This document shows positions 17,277 to 26,256 of a stretch of DNA of 64,000 nt, piece by piece. This DNA is from an uncultured Candidatus Saccharibacteria bacterium (GTDB lineage Bacteria > Patescibacteriota > Minisyncoccia > Minisyncoccales > Staskawiczbacteraceae). The notes beneath the pieces were generated by a model, which was given only the letters and a program-made list of their open reading frames with translations, ran no database searches and was not told the origin of the DNA. Each line of letters opens with the position of its first letter. The stretch's first letter is position 1. Position numbers and translations under genes: made by a program. Location: the NCBI GenBank assembly GCA_964483475.1, contig CAZAAH010000003.1, forward strand, positions 142-64,141, given 5' to 3'.

Positions 17277-17543
17277 TTAGATGAAAATTTTTAGTACTTT
17301 TTTAAAATCTTCCGGAATATCTTTGCTCAAACTATAATGCACAAAACCGTCTTTCCCTTCAGATTCTAAAATATCCAAGTTTTGCATTATAATTAAATGT
17401 CTTGATGTGGCCTTCAAAGAAATCTTCAGTTCTTCTGAAATTTTAGTAACCGTCATACTTTTACCGTTAAATAATATTCTTATTATTTTAATCCGGTTAA
17501 TATTTCCTAAAGTTTTAAAAATAGTAATCCAACGTTTATCCAT
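17277..17543 (-). CDS. ArsR/SmtB-family HTH transcriptional regulator
   Basis: Winged HTH MTVTKISEELKISLKATSRHLIIMQNLDIL. 88 aa. Confidence 0.7.
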   Translation of the reverse strand: MDKRWITIFKTLGNINRIKIIRILFNGKSMTVTKISEELKISLKATSRHLIIMQNLDILESEGKDGFVHYSLSKDIPEDFKKVLKIFI

Positions 17544-17599
17544 AATTTTATAAAATTTTTAAAAATAATTTACTAAACAATCCCCCCCCTCTCCCCACC

Positions 17600-17627
17600 A
17601 CTGGACAATTCGCGCGAATTGTCCGGT
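17600..17627. promoter_or_regulatory. second palindromic operator-like site ACTGGACAATTCGCGCGAATTGTCCGGT, preceded by a poly-C tract
   Basis: Read directly, upstream of the ArsR-family gene. Confidence 0.55.
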
Positions 17628-17684
17628 AGGTTAAAATGAAAACAAGTAAAATATTTTTGTTTTCTATTTTAACTTTTTACAATT

Positions 17685-18461
17685 TTAAATTAACTTTATT
17701 TCTTCGACTATCTTTATGAATTCGTCGGAGTCTAGAGAGGCTCCGCCCACGAGCAACCCATTGATGCTTTCCTCTCGCAAATACGAGCTGGCATTTTTTG
17801 AGTTAACGCTGCCCCCGTAAAGAATTTTTACCTTTTTGGCCGCGTCTTGGTTGTAGAGCTTGGACACTATGCTCCTAATGAGCACCACCGACCTCAAGGC
17901 CTCGTCTACTGAACAGTTTTTGCCATTTCCAATGGCCCAGACAGGCTCGTAAGCGATGATTAAATTTGAAATTTTTGAAACTCCCTTTAATCCTTCTTCA
18001 ATTTGCTTTGTTAAAATTAAATTTTTATCTTCTCCTTCCTTTTCACCAACACAAAAAATCGGCTTGAAGCCTGCATCCAAAGTAGCTTTGACTTTTTTGT
18101 TTATCATGTCATCGGTCTCGCCAAGCTCGCGCCGTTCAGAATGGCCAACTATTGCATATTTTACATTGAGGTCTTTTAGCATGAGCGGTGAAATTTCCCC
18201 GGTATAAGCTCCTTTCTCTTTATAAAAAACATTTTGTCCTCCTACGCCAAGGCTTCGGACGGACAGGCGCGCCAAGATTGGAATATATACGAATGGAGGG
18301 CAAATTATAACTTCTGCATTTTTTATTTTTGAAACCGATTTTTTAACAGATTCAAAAAGCCTCTTTGCCCCTTCTTGTGTATTTGGATTAAGTTTCCAAT
18401 TAGCTACTATTAATTTTTTCACCCCCACACCAAACGAGTTTATTATTTCAAGATTTTTCAA
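17685..18461 (-). CDS. tpiA: triosephosphate isomerase
   Basis: ANWKLN, GHSERR, GGASL motifs. Confidence 0.9.
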   Translation of the reverse strand: MKNLEIINSFGVGVKKLIVANWKLNPNTQEGAKRLFESVKKSVSKIKNAEVIICPPFVYIPILARLSVRSLGVGGQNVFYKEKGAYTGEISPLMLKDLNVKYAIVGHSERRELGETDDMINKKVKATLDAGFKPIFCVGEKEGEDKNLILTKQIEEGLKGVSKISNLIIAYEPVWAIGNGKNCSVDEALRSVVLIRSIVSKLYNQDAAKKVKILYGGSVNSKNASSYLREESINGLLVGGASLDSDEFIKIVEEIKLI

Positions 18462-18559
18462 TCTTGAATATATTTGGCTCGTTCGTGTTTATGTTATTAC
18501 ATTCTTTCATTACCCTCACACGCCCTATGGGAAAAATTCAAAACTCGTTATGGTGTGGG
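18424..18559. repeat. 21-bp inverted repeat (CCCCCACACCAAACGAGTTT / AAACTCGTTATGGTGTGGGGG) bracketing the tpiA start and 5' region
   Basis: Read directly. 19 of 21 bases complementary. Confidence 0.45.
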
Positions 18560-18654
18560 GGTTCATATTCAATCATTTTACCAAAAATTTGTACAAAAAA
18601 AAGTCCCGAAGCATCTAGTGCTTGGGAACCGAGTTTCGTGACCTATCGATTCTG

Positions 18655-19026
18655 TTAAGAACCGATTTTCCCGATTACGGGTTGTTGAATCTTCTGCTCG
18701 CCTTTTGACTTTAATATGTTGAAATAAACTCTCCATCTTTCTGCGCGGAAAACCATAAAAATATTCCCTGCTTGAATGTCGTGAGGCGAACACGCTGCGT
18801 AGCCCAATTGATTAGGAAGAAGTATTAATATCGGTCGTCCAAAGTGGTATGCCTGGACCATTGCATATCTTTGGTGACCCAAAGAAGTAACACTAAGAAC
18901 ATAATAATCTTCTTTTTTACGAAGTCTCTTCCAAGAAATTGGCCGGCCATTGTTGATCAGACGATCGGTAACTACAACGAGTACCATAAAGCAAAAGGCT
19001 ACTATCAACCAAATGTACCATTCCAT
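18655..19026 (-). CDS. SanA/YdcF (DUF218) family remnant: N-terminal TM plus C-terminal segment, central domain missing
   Basis: DRLINNGRPISW resembles SanA DRWISW. The C-terminus YVLSVTSLGHQRYAMVQAYHFG...NIFMVFRAERWRVYFNILKSKGE aligns with the SanA C-terminus. GC-rich. Confidence 0.4.
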   Translation of the reverse strand: MEWYIWLIVAFCFMVLVVVTDRLINNGRPISWKRLRKKEDYYVLSVTSLGHQRYAMVQAYHFGRPILILLPNQLGYAACSPHDIQAGNIFMVFRAERWRVYFNILKSKGEQKIQQPVIGKIGS

Positions 19027-19110
19027 TGAAAACTCCTTCCTACACTGGGCAGTAGGCGCCATCTCGAGAGAACTGTTGTTAAAGGCCTGTAATGAAACTC
19101 TATACCAAGA

Positions 19111-19857
19111 CTAGGTACTTGTCAACACTTTTGCGCCGTCTTCGGTGATTGCAATTGTGTATTCAAAGTGAGCGGTAAGGCTGCCGTCCTTGGTGGCAAA
19201 GCCGTAACCATCGGCTGCCTTTTTCAAATGGTAGTCCCCCATCGTCACCATCGGCTCAATGCAAATGACCATCCCCTCTTTTAATTCAACCCCTTTGTGG
19301 CGCTGGCCGTAGTTTGGAATTTTGGGATCTTCATGGACTTCTTTGCCAATTCCATGGCCGCACAAATCCCTGACCACCTGGTAGCCCTGGCTTTCCACAT
19401 ATCGTTGGATGGTGTTGCCAATGTCGCCCGTCGTATTCCCCGGCCTGGCTTTTTTTATGCCGATTTTCAAAGATTTTTCGGTAACTTTCAGCAGCCTCTT
19501 TGCCTCAAAAGAAATGTTTCCAACCCCGACGGTCACGGCCATGTCAGTGTTGTAGCCCTGGTAAAAAACTCCCAAGTCCAAGCCCACCACATCCCCCTCT
19601 TTGAGCTTATAATCTGACGGGAAGCCATGGACGATCACCTCATTGACCGAAGCGCACAGGGAGTAAGGAAAATTTTCGTAGCCCTTGAAGGCCGGCTTTG
19701 CCCCATGTTTTAAAATAAGGGCCTCGGCGGCCCTGTCCAATTCCAAAGTGGTGATGCCGGGCTTTACCATTTTTTCTATCTGTCCCAAAACTTTTGCCAG
19801 GATTTTCCCGCCTTCAGCCATTATGCTTATTTCCTCCTTTGTTTTTATGCTTATCAT
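19111..19857 (-). CDS. map: methionine aminopeptidase type I
   Basis: MAP fold with metal ligands in DVVGLDLG, HGIG and EPM context. Confidence 0.9.
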   Translation of the reverse strand: MISIKTKEEISIMAEGGKILAKVLGQIEKMVKPGITTLELDRAAEALILKHGAKPAFKGYENFPYSLCASVNEVIVHGFPSDYKLKEGDVVGLDLGVFYQGYNTDMAVTVGVGNISFEAKRLLKVTEKSLKIGIKKARPGNTTGDIGNTIQRYVESQGYQVVRDLCGHGIGKEVHEDPKIPNYGQRHKGVELKEGMVICIEPMVTMGDYHLKKAADGYGFATKDGSLTAHFEYTIAITEDGAKVLTST

Positions 19858-20546
19858 TAAAGCGAATTCAAAATTTCTTCGTGAACCTCGGCTACCGATT
19901 TTTCCCCATTTATTTTTTTGATATGGAATCCATTGTTTGAAAAATACTCAAAGAGAGGTTGTGTCCTATTTTTATACTCATCAAGCCTAACTTTTATTGT
20001 TTCTGGGTCGTCTAAATTTTTTCTCTTAACCAGTTTTGATCCGTCCAGCGGGCAGAGTTTTAACTTCTCGGTTTCTTTATTAAATAAAATTGAGTGGCGC
20101 ATCAGTTCGCAAATTTTCCGGTGGGTGTTCCTGAAAACGGTAATCTCAGCCGAAATTTCAATCATCCCTATTTTTATATTCTCCTTTCCATAAAGCTTAG
20201 CTAAAACGGGCATTTCTTTTTGTGCTTCGTAAATGGTTCGAGGAGAACCAGATAAAATAAAGCTTTCGCCATCGCTTGATAGAGTTTCAAATTCTTTCAT
20301 CATGAGATGGGTAATAAATGGCGGACTCGTTAATATGCCCGTTTTCCAATGTTCTATTTCTTCTCCCACCCTATACTCTTTCCCCTCAATCGTAAAAATT
20401 TTATTTGGGTCTTCATTTTTAAAGCAACGCTCAAGCACCTTGCTTGACTCAAGGTGATAGTAACCCAATTTTTCAGAAAGAAGTTCTGACTGGGTTCCCT
20501 TGCCGGCCCCCGGCGGTCCAAATAAAATAATGACTTGTTTGTTCAT
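19857..20546 (-). CDS. adk: adenylate kinase
   Basis: P-loop GPPGAGKGTQ plus LID region. Confidence 0.9.
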   Translation of the reverse strand: MNKQVIILFGPPGAGKGTQSELLSEKLGYYHLESSKVLERCFKNEDPNKIFTIEGKEYRVGEEIEHWKTGILTSPPFITHLMMKEFETLSSDGESFILSGSPRTIYEAQKEMPVLAKLYGKENIKIGMIEISAEITVFRNTHRKICELMRHSILFNKETEKLKLCPLDGSKLVKRKNLDDPETIKVRLDEYKNRTQPLFEYFSNNGFHIKKINGEKSVAEVHEEILNSL

Positions 20547-20643
20547 AATAATTATATGATTGTATCAGACTTGACGATTACTTTCAAATAAAAATGTGAT
20601 ATTATCAAGAAGGGTTGTTCATTTTTCAACGGAGATACGGGCT

Positions 20644-20910
20644 ATGGGAAAAGAACCGAGCTACCAAGAGTTGTATGGTTTGTACCTTGCCTGGCGGGAA
20701 GATTTTTTAAAGGCAGACCCAACCATTCCAAGATATTTTCCTCCTTTATTGGAAGGTTTTGAGTTGATCATGAAGCACATGAAGCAATTGGATGAAAATC
20801 CAGAGGAAACGAGAAGGCCGATGGGTCACTTTAAATCGGATTATCCAGCATTGGAAATGATGATGATAGGATTGTTTAGAATTCACCTCCAGGCCCCTAC
20901 TCCACGGTAA
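20644..20910 (+). CDS. hypothetical protein (88 aa), plus strand
   Basis: Start MGKEPSYQELY with GGAG upstream. No motif. Confidence 0.4.
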   Translation: MGKEPSYQELYGLYLAWREDFLKADPTIPRYFPPLLEGFELIMKHMKQLDENPEETRRPMGHFKSDYPALEMMMIGLFRIHLQAPTPR

Positions 20911-20956
20911 AAGCTGCAAGATGGTTTCAGTCGAGCGGCTTTTTTTTACCCAAAAA

Positions 20957-20994
20957 AAACACTTTAACATTTAGCTAAATGTTAAAGTGTTTTT
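20957..20994. terminator. perfect 15-bp palindrome AACACTTTAACATTT-AGC-TAAATGTTAAAGTGTT, bidirectional terminator between convergent genes
   Basis: Read directly. A/T runs on both sides. Confidence 0.6.
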
Positions 20995-21018
20995 GGATGC
21001 GGGTTTCAAGTTTTAAAA

Positions 21019-22296
21019 TTAAAATGTATCGTACTCCCTCATTTCAAGCTGTGAGTTGACTTGGCGCATGGTTTCCAAAACCACGCTGACAATAATCAAA
21101 AGAGAAGTGCCTCCGATTAAAAAGGTAAATCCAGTAACCCCCGTCAGCCCCCCGACAACCGAAGGTAAAACGGCAATCAGTCCCAAAAATATGGCACCCG
21201 TAAACAAGACTCTGTTTAAAATGTGTTTTAAAAATTCGGCGGTTGAGTTTCCGGGCCTGACTCCTGGGATAAATCCCCCCATTTTCTGCAAATTTTCGGC
21301 GATGGTTTTTGGGTCAAAGGTGACCGCGGTATAAAAATAAGTAAAAAGAATTACTAAAATAAAATATAATGCTCCATTAACCCAAACATCGCTAAAAAAA
21401 CCGTTAACATTATTTGCTATGTTTCCAACGATTCCTGCGAATCCCGTAAAAAATCTGGCCACCATGCCCGGCAGTAAAAGTATTGAAAGGGCAAAAATGA
21501 TTGGAATAACTCCGGCTGGATTGATATTGAGCGGCAGGTAGGTTGAAACTCCCCCGTACATTTTGTTCCCCCTGACTCTCTTTGAATAGGAAACCGGAAT
21601 ATTTCTGCGGGCCTCGGTTATTAAAACAACAGCTCCAATGATTGCCACTGAAAGGACGAAGAACACTAGGTATGATGGGATTTTTGAAGGGTCCCAGCTC
21701 ACAAAGGTTTGAAAAATATTGACGGGCAAGCGGGCAACAATTCCGGCAAAAATCAAAAGGGAAATGCCGTTGCCCATCCCCTGCTCGGTAATAATTTCGC
21801 CCAGCCACATCAAAAACATTGCTCCCGTCACGATGGTCACAATGGAGGCCAACATGGTCGTCCACGACAAAGGGCCAATCACTCCCTGCCGCTGAAAGAG
21901 GGTCAGCATCCCATAGCCCTCAAAGGCTGCCAGGGGGATGGTCAAAAGCCGGCCGTACTGGTTGAACTTTTGCCTACCCGCTTCTCCTTCCTCTTTGTAC
22001 ATTTTTTCCAACTGGGGGAAAATCATGGTCAGCAGCTGCAGGATAATGGTGGCGGTAATATAAGGGCCGAGGCCGAGCAAAACAATGGAAAAATTGCTCA
22101 GGGCTCCGCCAGAAAATATGTTTAAAAATCCAAAAACCTGGTTTTGGGCAAAGAATTTCCTTAAATTTTCAGAGCCGATGCCAGGAATAGGAATGTTAGC
22201 GGCCAACCTAAAAACCACAAACAAAATGATAACAAAAATAATTTTGTTTCTTAACTCTTTGTCTTTAAATAAAAATATAATTCTGTCGTACCACAC
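21019..22296 (-). CDS. secY: preprotein translocase SecY
   Basis: 10-TM profile with GIGNGISLLIFAGIV motif. Confidence 0.9.
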   Translation of the reverse strand: MWYDRIIFLFKDKELRNKIIFVIILFVVFRLAANIPIPGIGSENLRKFFAQNQVFGFLNIFSGGALSNFSIVLLGLGPYITATIILQLLTMIFPQLEKMYKEEGEAGRQKFNQYGRLLTIPLAAFEGYGMLTLFQRQGVIGPLSWTTMLASIVTIVTGAMFLMWLGEIITEQGMGNGISLLIFAGIVARLPVNIFQTFVSWDPSKIPSYLVFFVLSVAIIGAVVLITEARRNIPVSYSKRVRGNKMYGGVSTYLPLNINPAGVIPIIFALSILLLPGMVARFFTGFAGIVGNIANNVNGFFSDVWVNGALYFILVILFTYFYTAVTFDPKTIAENLQKMGGFIPGVRPGNSTAEFLKHILNRVLFTGAIFLGLIAVLPSVVGGLTGVTGFTFLIGGTSLLIIVSVVLETMRQVNSQLEMREYDTF

Positions 22297-22363
22297 GTTG
22301 GTTTTGGGTGTTGGGTTTTAGACATTAGCCACTTTGCGACTAGCACCTATTATCTAACACCTA

Positions 22364-22795
22364 TTATTTAACTTCGCCGCCGGCTTTTTCAATTGCTTCT
22401 TTAGCCGTTTTTGAAACTTTGCAATTTTCAACAGTTATTTTTTTGCCAATGGTGCCAGTCCCCAGGATTTTAATTTCAGGAATCTTGCCATTGATCATCC
22501 TCACCACTCCCTTTTTAAGCAGTATTTCTGGATTAACAACCTCGCCGTCTCCCATAACCTTATCTAACCTGTCTATATTAACGACGCTTACCATATCTTG
22601 CAAAACAAAACTCCTGTACCCTTTTAATTTGGGATATCTTTTTATTAACTCCCTGATAATCGGCACCATTTTTCTGCCTGCCCTTGCTGTTTGTCCCTTG
22701 CCACCCTTTCCAGAATAAGTTCCCTTTTTTCCTCCTCTTCCAACCCTTTTTCTATTTTTCGATTTGTGAATTGGTTGTAATTGATGAATTTGCAT
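22364..22795 (-). CDS. rplO: 50S ribosomal protein L15
   Basis: KRVGRGGKKGTYSGKGGKGQ. Confidence 0.9.
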   Translation of the reverse strand: MQIHQLQPIHKSKNRKRVGRGGKKGTYSGKGGKGQTARAGRKMVPIIRELIKRYPKLKGYRSFVLQDMVSVVNIDRLDKVMGDGEVVNPEILLKKGVVRMINGKIPEIKILGTGTIGKKITVENCKVSKTAKEAIEKAGGEVK

Positions 22796-22823
22796 AAATA
22801 TTTATCATAAAAGAAATTAAAAA

Positions 22824-23342
22824 TTAGCGAATTTTTAATTTCTTTAGAGCCTCCATAGTTGCCCTTGCGTTATTTAATTTATTTTTGGATCCTGAAAGAA
22901 TTTTTGAAGAAACGTTTTTAATTCCAGCTAAATCACAAATGGTCCTAACAACTCCACCCGCCACCAAACCCCTGCCTCTTTTTTGAGGCTTCAATAAAAT
23001 CACCGACGGTCCAACCTTTGCTTGGACCTGGTGAGGAATGGTTCCCTCCAAAACCACAACGTTAATCATATTTTTCTTAGCCTTGTTGGTAGCTTTTTCT
23101 ATAGCTTGGGAAACGTCCTTGCCCTTATCAACCCCAATTCCAATTTTAGATTTTTTATCACCGGTGATAACAACGGCCCTAAACCGAAGTCTCTTGCCTC
23201 CGCCGGTTACCCTAGTCACTCTGGCCAAATCCAAAAGCTTTGTTTCGTATTCGTCTTTTGGAGGCCTTGAATCAGAAAACCTCCTAACAGGTCTAAAACC
23301 ATCGTCAGTCTTTGCATTTTGTGTTTTTTTAATTTCTTCCAT
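22824..23342 (-). CDS. rpsE: 30S ribosomal protein S5
   Basis: RVTRVTGGGKRLRFRAVVITGD. No L30 gene between S5 and L15. Confidence 0.9.
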   Translation of the reverse strand: MEEIKKTQNAKTDDGFRPVRRFSDSRPPKDEYETKLLDLARVTRVTGGGKRLRFRAVVITGDKKSKIGIGVDKGKDVSQAIEKATNKAKKNMINVVVLEGTIPHQVQAKVGPSVILLKPQKRGRGLVAGGVVRTICDLAGIKNVSSKILSGSKNKLNNARATMEALKKLKIR

Positions 23343-23366
23343 AATTCATAATTCTTAATTCTTAAT

Positions 23367-23720
23367 TCAAAATTTTAAACCGCCTTCCCTTGCTCCGTCG
23401 GCCACCGATTTTACTCTGCCGTGAAAAACAAACCCAGCTCTGTCAAAAATAACTTTTTCAATCTTTTGTTTTTGGGCTTCTTTGGCAATTATTTTTCCTA
23501 CTTCAACAGCCTTATTTACTTTGCCTTTTGCCGACTTTATTTTCATATCTGAAACAGAAACCAAAACCTTTCCCTTGCTATCATCAACTAATTGGGCATA
23601 AACATGCTTAGACGATCTAAAAACGCAAAGCCTTGGGCGATCTTTTGTCCCAAAAATTTTCATCCTTATTTTCCTGTGGGATTGCTGCCTTTTGGCTTTT
23701 TTACTCAATATATGTTTCAT
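23367..23720 (-). CDS. rplR: 50S ribosomal protein L18
   Basis: RPRLCVFRSSKHVYAQLVDD. Confidence 0.9.
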   Translation of the reverse strand: MKHILSKKAKRQQSHRKIRMKIFGTKDRPRLCVFRSSKHVYAQLVDDSKGKVLVSVSDMKIKSAKGKVNKAVEVGKIIAKEAQKQKIEKVIFDRAGFVFHGRVKSVADGAREGGLKF

Positions 23721-23730
23721 ATTTCAAATT

Positions 23731-24276
23731 TTATTTGGCTGACACCACTTTCTTTCCCTCTTTTCTCCTTATTCTTTCCCCCTGATATTTAATTCCTTTC
23801 CCTTTATATGGCTCGGCTTTTTTAACTTTTCTTATAATAGCAGATATTTGGCCGACTTTTTCCTTATCAATTCCAGAAACAAGAATGACATTTTTTTCAA
23901 CAGCAAAATTAATTCCCTCTGGCTTTTTTATTTTTACAGGATGGACAAACCCGACGTTCAAAACCAATTCATCGCCTTGCACGACCGCCTTGTATCCAAT
24001 TCCCTCAATTTCCAGTTTTTTTTCAAAACCTTTTTCAACCCCATGAACCATATTAAAAATCAATGCCCGATACAATCCCCAAAGCCCTCTTTCTCTTTTT
24101 GACAAGTCTTTTTTAGGAGCAACCAAAACTTTTCCGTCCTTAAATTCGGCTTTAATATCCCCGTGAATGTCCATTTTCAATTCCCCCTTTGGACCGGAAA
24201 CCTTAATGTTTTGACCATCAAATTCAACTTTAACCGTTGAGGGAACTTCAATTGATTTTTTACCAATTCTCGACAT
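23731..24276 (-). CDS. rplF: 50S ribosomal protein L6
   Basis: MSRIGKKSIEVP... tandem L6 domains. Confidence 0.9.
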   Translation of the reverse strand: MSRIGKKSIEVPSTVKVEFDGQNIKVSGPKGELKMDIHGDIKAEFKDGKVLVAPKKDLSKRERGLWGLYRALIFNMVHGVEKGFEKKLEIEGIGYKAVVQGDELVLNVGFVHPVKIKKPEGINFAVEKNVILVSGIDKEKVGQISAIIRKVKKAEPYKGKGIKYQGERIRRKEGKKVVSAK

Positions 24277-24388
24277 GAATTATAATGATGAATTACGAAT
24301 TATGATTTATGGCTTGACTTTTTTAACTTTTTAAATATACTATATTTACTGCTCTTAGTCAATTCACTTCCCCAAGGAAGAGATTACC

Positions 24389-24571
24389 ATGAAAGATGCA
24401 ATCGGTATTTTTTTGGCTTTGACTGGATTACTTTTAGAATTTTGTTTGGTTTTAATTATTGTGTCTTTACCAATAGTTAAAAGAAAATTTTATTTAAGCA
24501 ATTGGCCATTCTGGGCATTATTTTTTATATCTCTTGCTCTTGTATTTACCGGAGCAAAAATTTTATGGTAG
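24389..24571 (+). CDS. hypothetical small membrane protein (60 aa, two TM) encoded opposite to the ribosomal operon
   Basis: SD AAGGAAG 8 nt upstream of the ATG. Sits in the 400-nt gap between rplF and rpsH. Confidence 0.45.
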   Translation: MKDAIGIFLALTGLLLEFCLVLIIVSLPIVKRKFYLSNWPFWALFFISLALVFTGAKILW

Positions 24572-24682
24572 ATCCTCCAAGATTATGGTGCCGAAAATTG
24601 ATTTATCAGTTCAGGCGCTTTTTTTTATTTGAAATTTTTTGAATTGTTTAGAAATTAAAAATTAGAAATTCTGGAAATTTGG

Positions 24683-25072
24683 TTACCAAATTTCCAATAA
24701 AACCTCTCCTCCCAACTTTGCTTTCCTCGCCTCTTTATTCGTCATCAATCCTTTTGGCGTTGAAATTATTGAAATACCAAAACCTCCCTGTACTTTTTTT
24801 ATCTCGTGCACACCCGCGTAAATCCTTTGTCCGGGCTTTGAAACTCTTTTTAATCCCTCAACTGCCGGAACCTGGTTATCGTATTTCAAATTAATCTTAA
24901 GTATTTTGTTCTTTCCTTTTACAACTTTTTTTATTTCTCCTAAAAATCCTTCTCTCGCCAAAATCAGGGCAATTTCATTTTTCAATTTTGAAAAAGGCAA
25001 CAAAACCTCTGTTTTTCCAACAGCTTTTGCGTTTCGTATTTGATTTAACATATCGGTGATTGGATCAGTCAT
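24683..25072 (-). CDS. rpsH: 30S ribosomal protein S8
   Basis: MTDPITDMLNQIRNA. Confidence 0.9.
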   Translation of the reverse strand: MTDPITDMLNQIRNAKAVGKTEVLLPFSKLKNEIALILAREGFLGEIKKVVKGKNKILKINLKYDNQVPAVEGLKRVSKPGQRIYAGVHEIKKVQGGFGISIISTPKGLMTNKEARKAKLGGEVLLEIW

Positions 25073-25161
25073 TGATTTAGAATCTAGAATTTAGAAAATA
25101 GAAAGTAGAATTTTTACGTTTCGTATTCTAGATTCTATTTACTATTTTCTATTTTCTCGCT

Positions 25162-25347
25162 TTACCAACTCGACTTTTTAATTCCTGGTATCTCTCCTTT
25201 GTTTGCCAACTCTCTAAAGCAAATCCTACACAATCCAAAATCTCTCATATACCCCCTTCTTCTGCCGCACTTAAAACACCTTCTCACCGTTCTCGTGGAG
25301 AATTTTGGTTTTCTTTTTGCTTTTGCTATCTGTGATGTCTTAGCCAT
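25162..25347 (-). CDS. rpsN: 30S ribosomal protein S14 type Z (zinc-binding)
   Basis: [23 protein letters not shown]. Confidence 0.9.
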   Translation of the reverse strand: MAKTSQIAKAKRKPKFSTRTVRRCFKCGRRRGYMRDFGLCRICFRELANKGEIPGIKKSSW

Positions 25348-25348
25348 G

Positions 25349-25912
25349 TTATTTATTTTCCTTTATTGGGAATCCCATTAATTTAAATAATTCTAATCCT
25401 CTTTCTTGATTTTTAGCATTGGTTGAAACAGTCACTTGTAGTCCAAAGATTGTTTTTTCCTTTTCAGAAAAAATTTCTGGGAAGTTAATGTGTTCTTTAA
25501 AGCCAATATTAAGGTTGCCTCCCTTGTCCACTGATTTTGGTTCCAGACCCTTAAAGTCTCTCGACCTTGGCAATGACAAATAAATTAATCTCTCCAAAAA
25601 ATCCCACATCCTATCTCTCCTCAAAGTTGACATTGCAGCTATCTCAATTCCCTCTCTTAATTTAAAACCGGCAATGGATTTTTTTGATTTTACTAATGTT
25701 GGTTTTTGACCGGCAATCAAAGCCAAATCCTCCACAATGACTTTTTGGATTTTTTCCCTTTCTCCGCCGGTTTTGCTTGCAGCTTCCTTGCCAAAAGAAG
25801 AGTTGACGGTAACCTTGGTAATTTTGGGAACAGCCATTGGATTTTTATAACCAAATTTTCCCATCATTTGAGGCACTACTATTTTATTGTATTTATCTTT
25901 TAACTTTTCCAT
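25349..25912 (-). CDS. rplE: 50S ribosomal protein L5
   Basis: Start set at [17 protein letters not shown]. The track ORF extends upstream into rplX. Confidence 0.85.
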   Translation of the reverse strand: MEKLKDKYNKIVVPQMMGKFGYKNPMAVPKITKVTVNSSFGKEAASKTGGEREKIQKVIVEDLALIAGQKPTLVKSKKSIAGFKLREGIEIAAMSTLRRDRMWDFLERLIYLSLPRSRDFKGLEPKSVDKGGNLNIGFKEHINFPEIFSEKEKTIFGLQVTVSTNAKNQERGLELFKLMGFPIKENK

Positions 25913-25913
25913 A

Positions 25914-26219
25914 TTAAATCTCTGATTTACATTTTTTGCAAACCCTGAATTTTTTATCGTTACGTATGATATAACCAAACCTTGCAGCTTTTCCGCACTT
26001 TGGACAAATAATTTTTGCATTAGAGACTTCCAGTGGAGCCAAAACTTTAACAACTTGCCCCTGCTCGCCCTCTCTTTTAGGCTTCATGCTTTTCTTTTTA
26101 AAATTAACTCCTTCAACTAAAATACTATTGTCTTTTGGAAAAGATTTTAATACCTTGCCTGTCTTGCCCTTGTCCTTTCCCGCAATCACCAATACATTGT
26201 CGCCTTTTTTGATTTTCAT
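25914..26219 (-). CDS. rplX: 50S ribosomal protein L24 with C-terminal zinc-ribbon extension
   Basis: Start set at MKIKKGDNVLVIAGKDKGKTG. C-terminus CPKCG...CKKC. Confidence 0.85.
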   Translation of the reverse strand: MKIKKGDNVLVIAGKDKGKTGKVLKSFPKDNSILVEGVNFKKKSMKPKREGEQGQVVKVLAPLEVSNAKIICPKCGKAARFGYIIRNDKKFRVCKKCKSEI

Positions 26220-26256
26220 TTTATTCTCTATTTCTATATTTCTATTTTCTATTTTT

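Noticed and set aside
21410-22125. 151-aa (minus) and 138-aa (plus) ORFs inside secY
   Set aside because: They are alternative frames and the antisense strand of the unambiguous secY gene.
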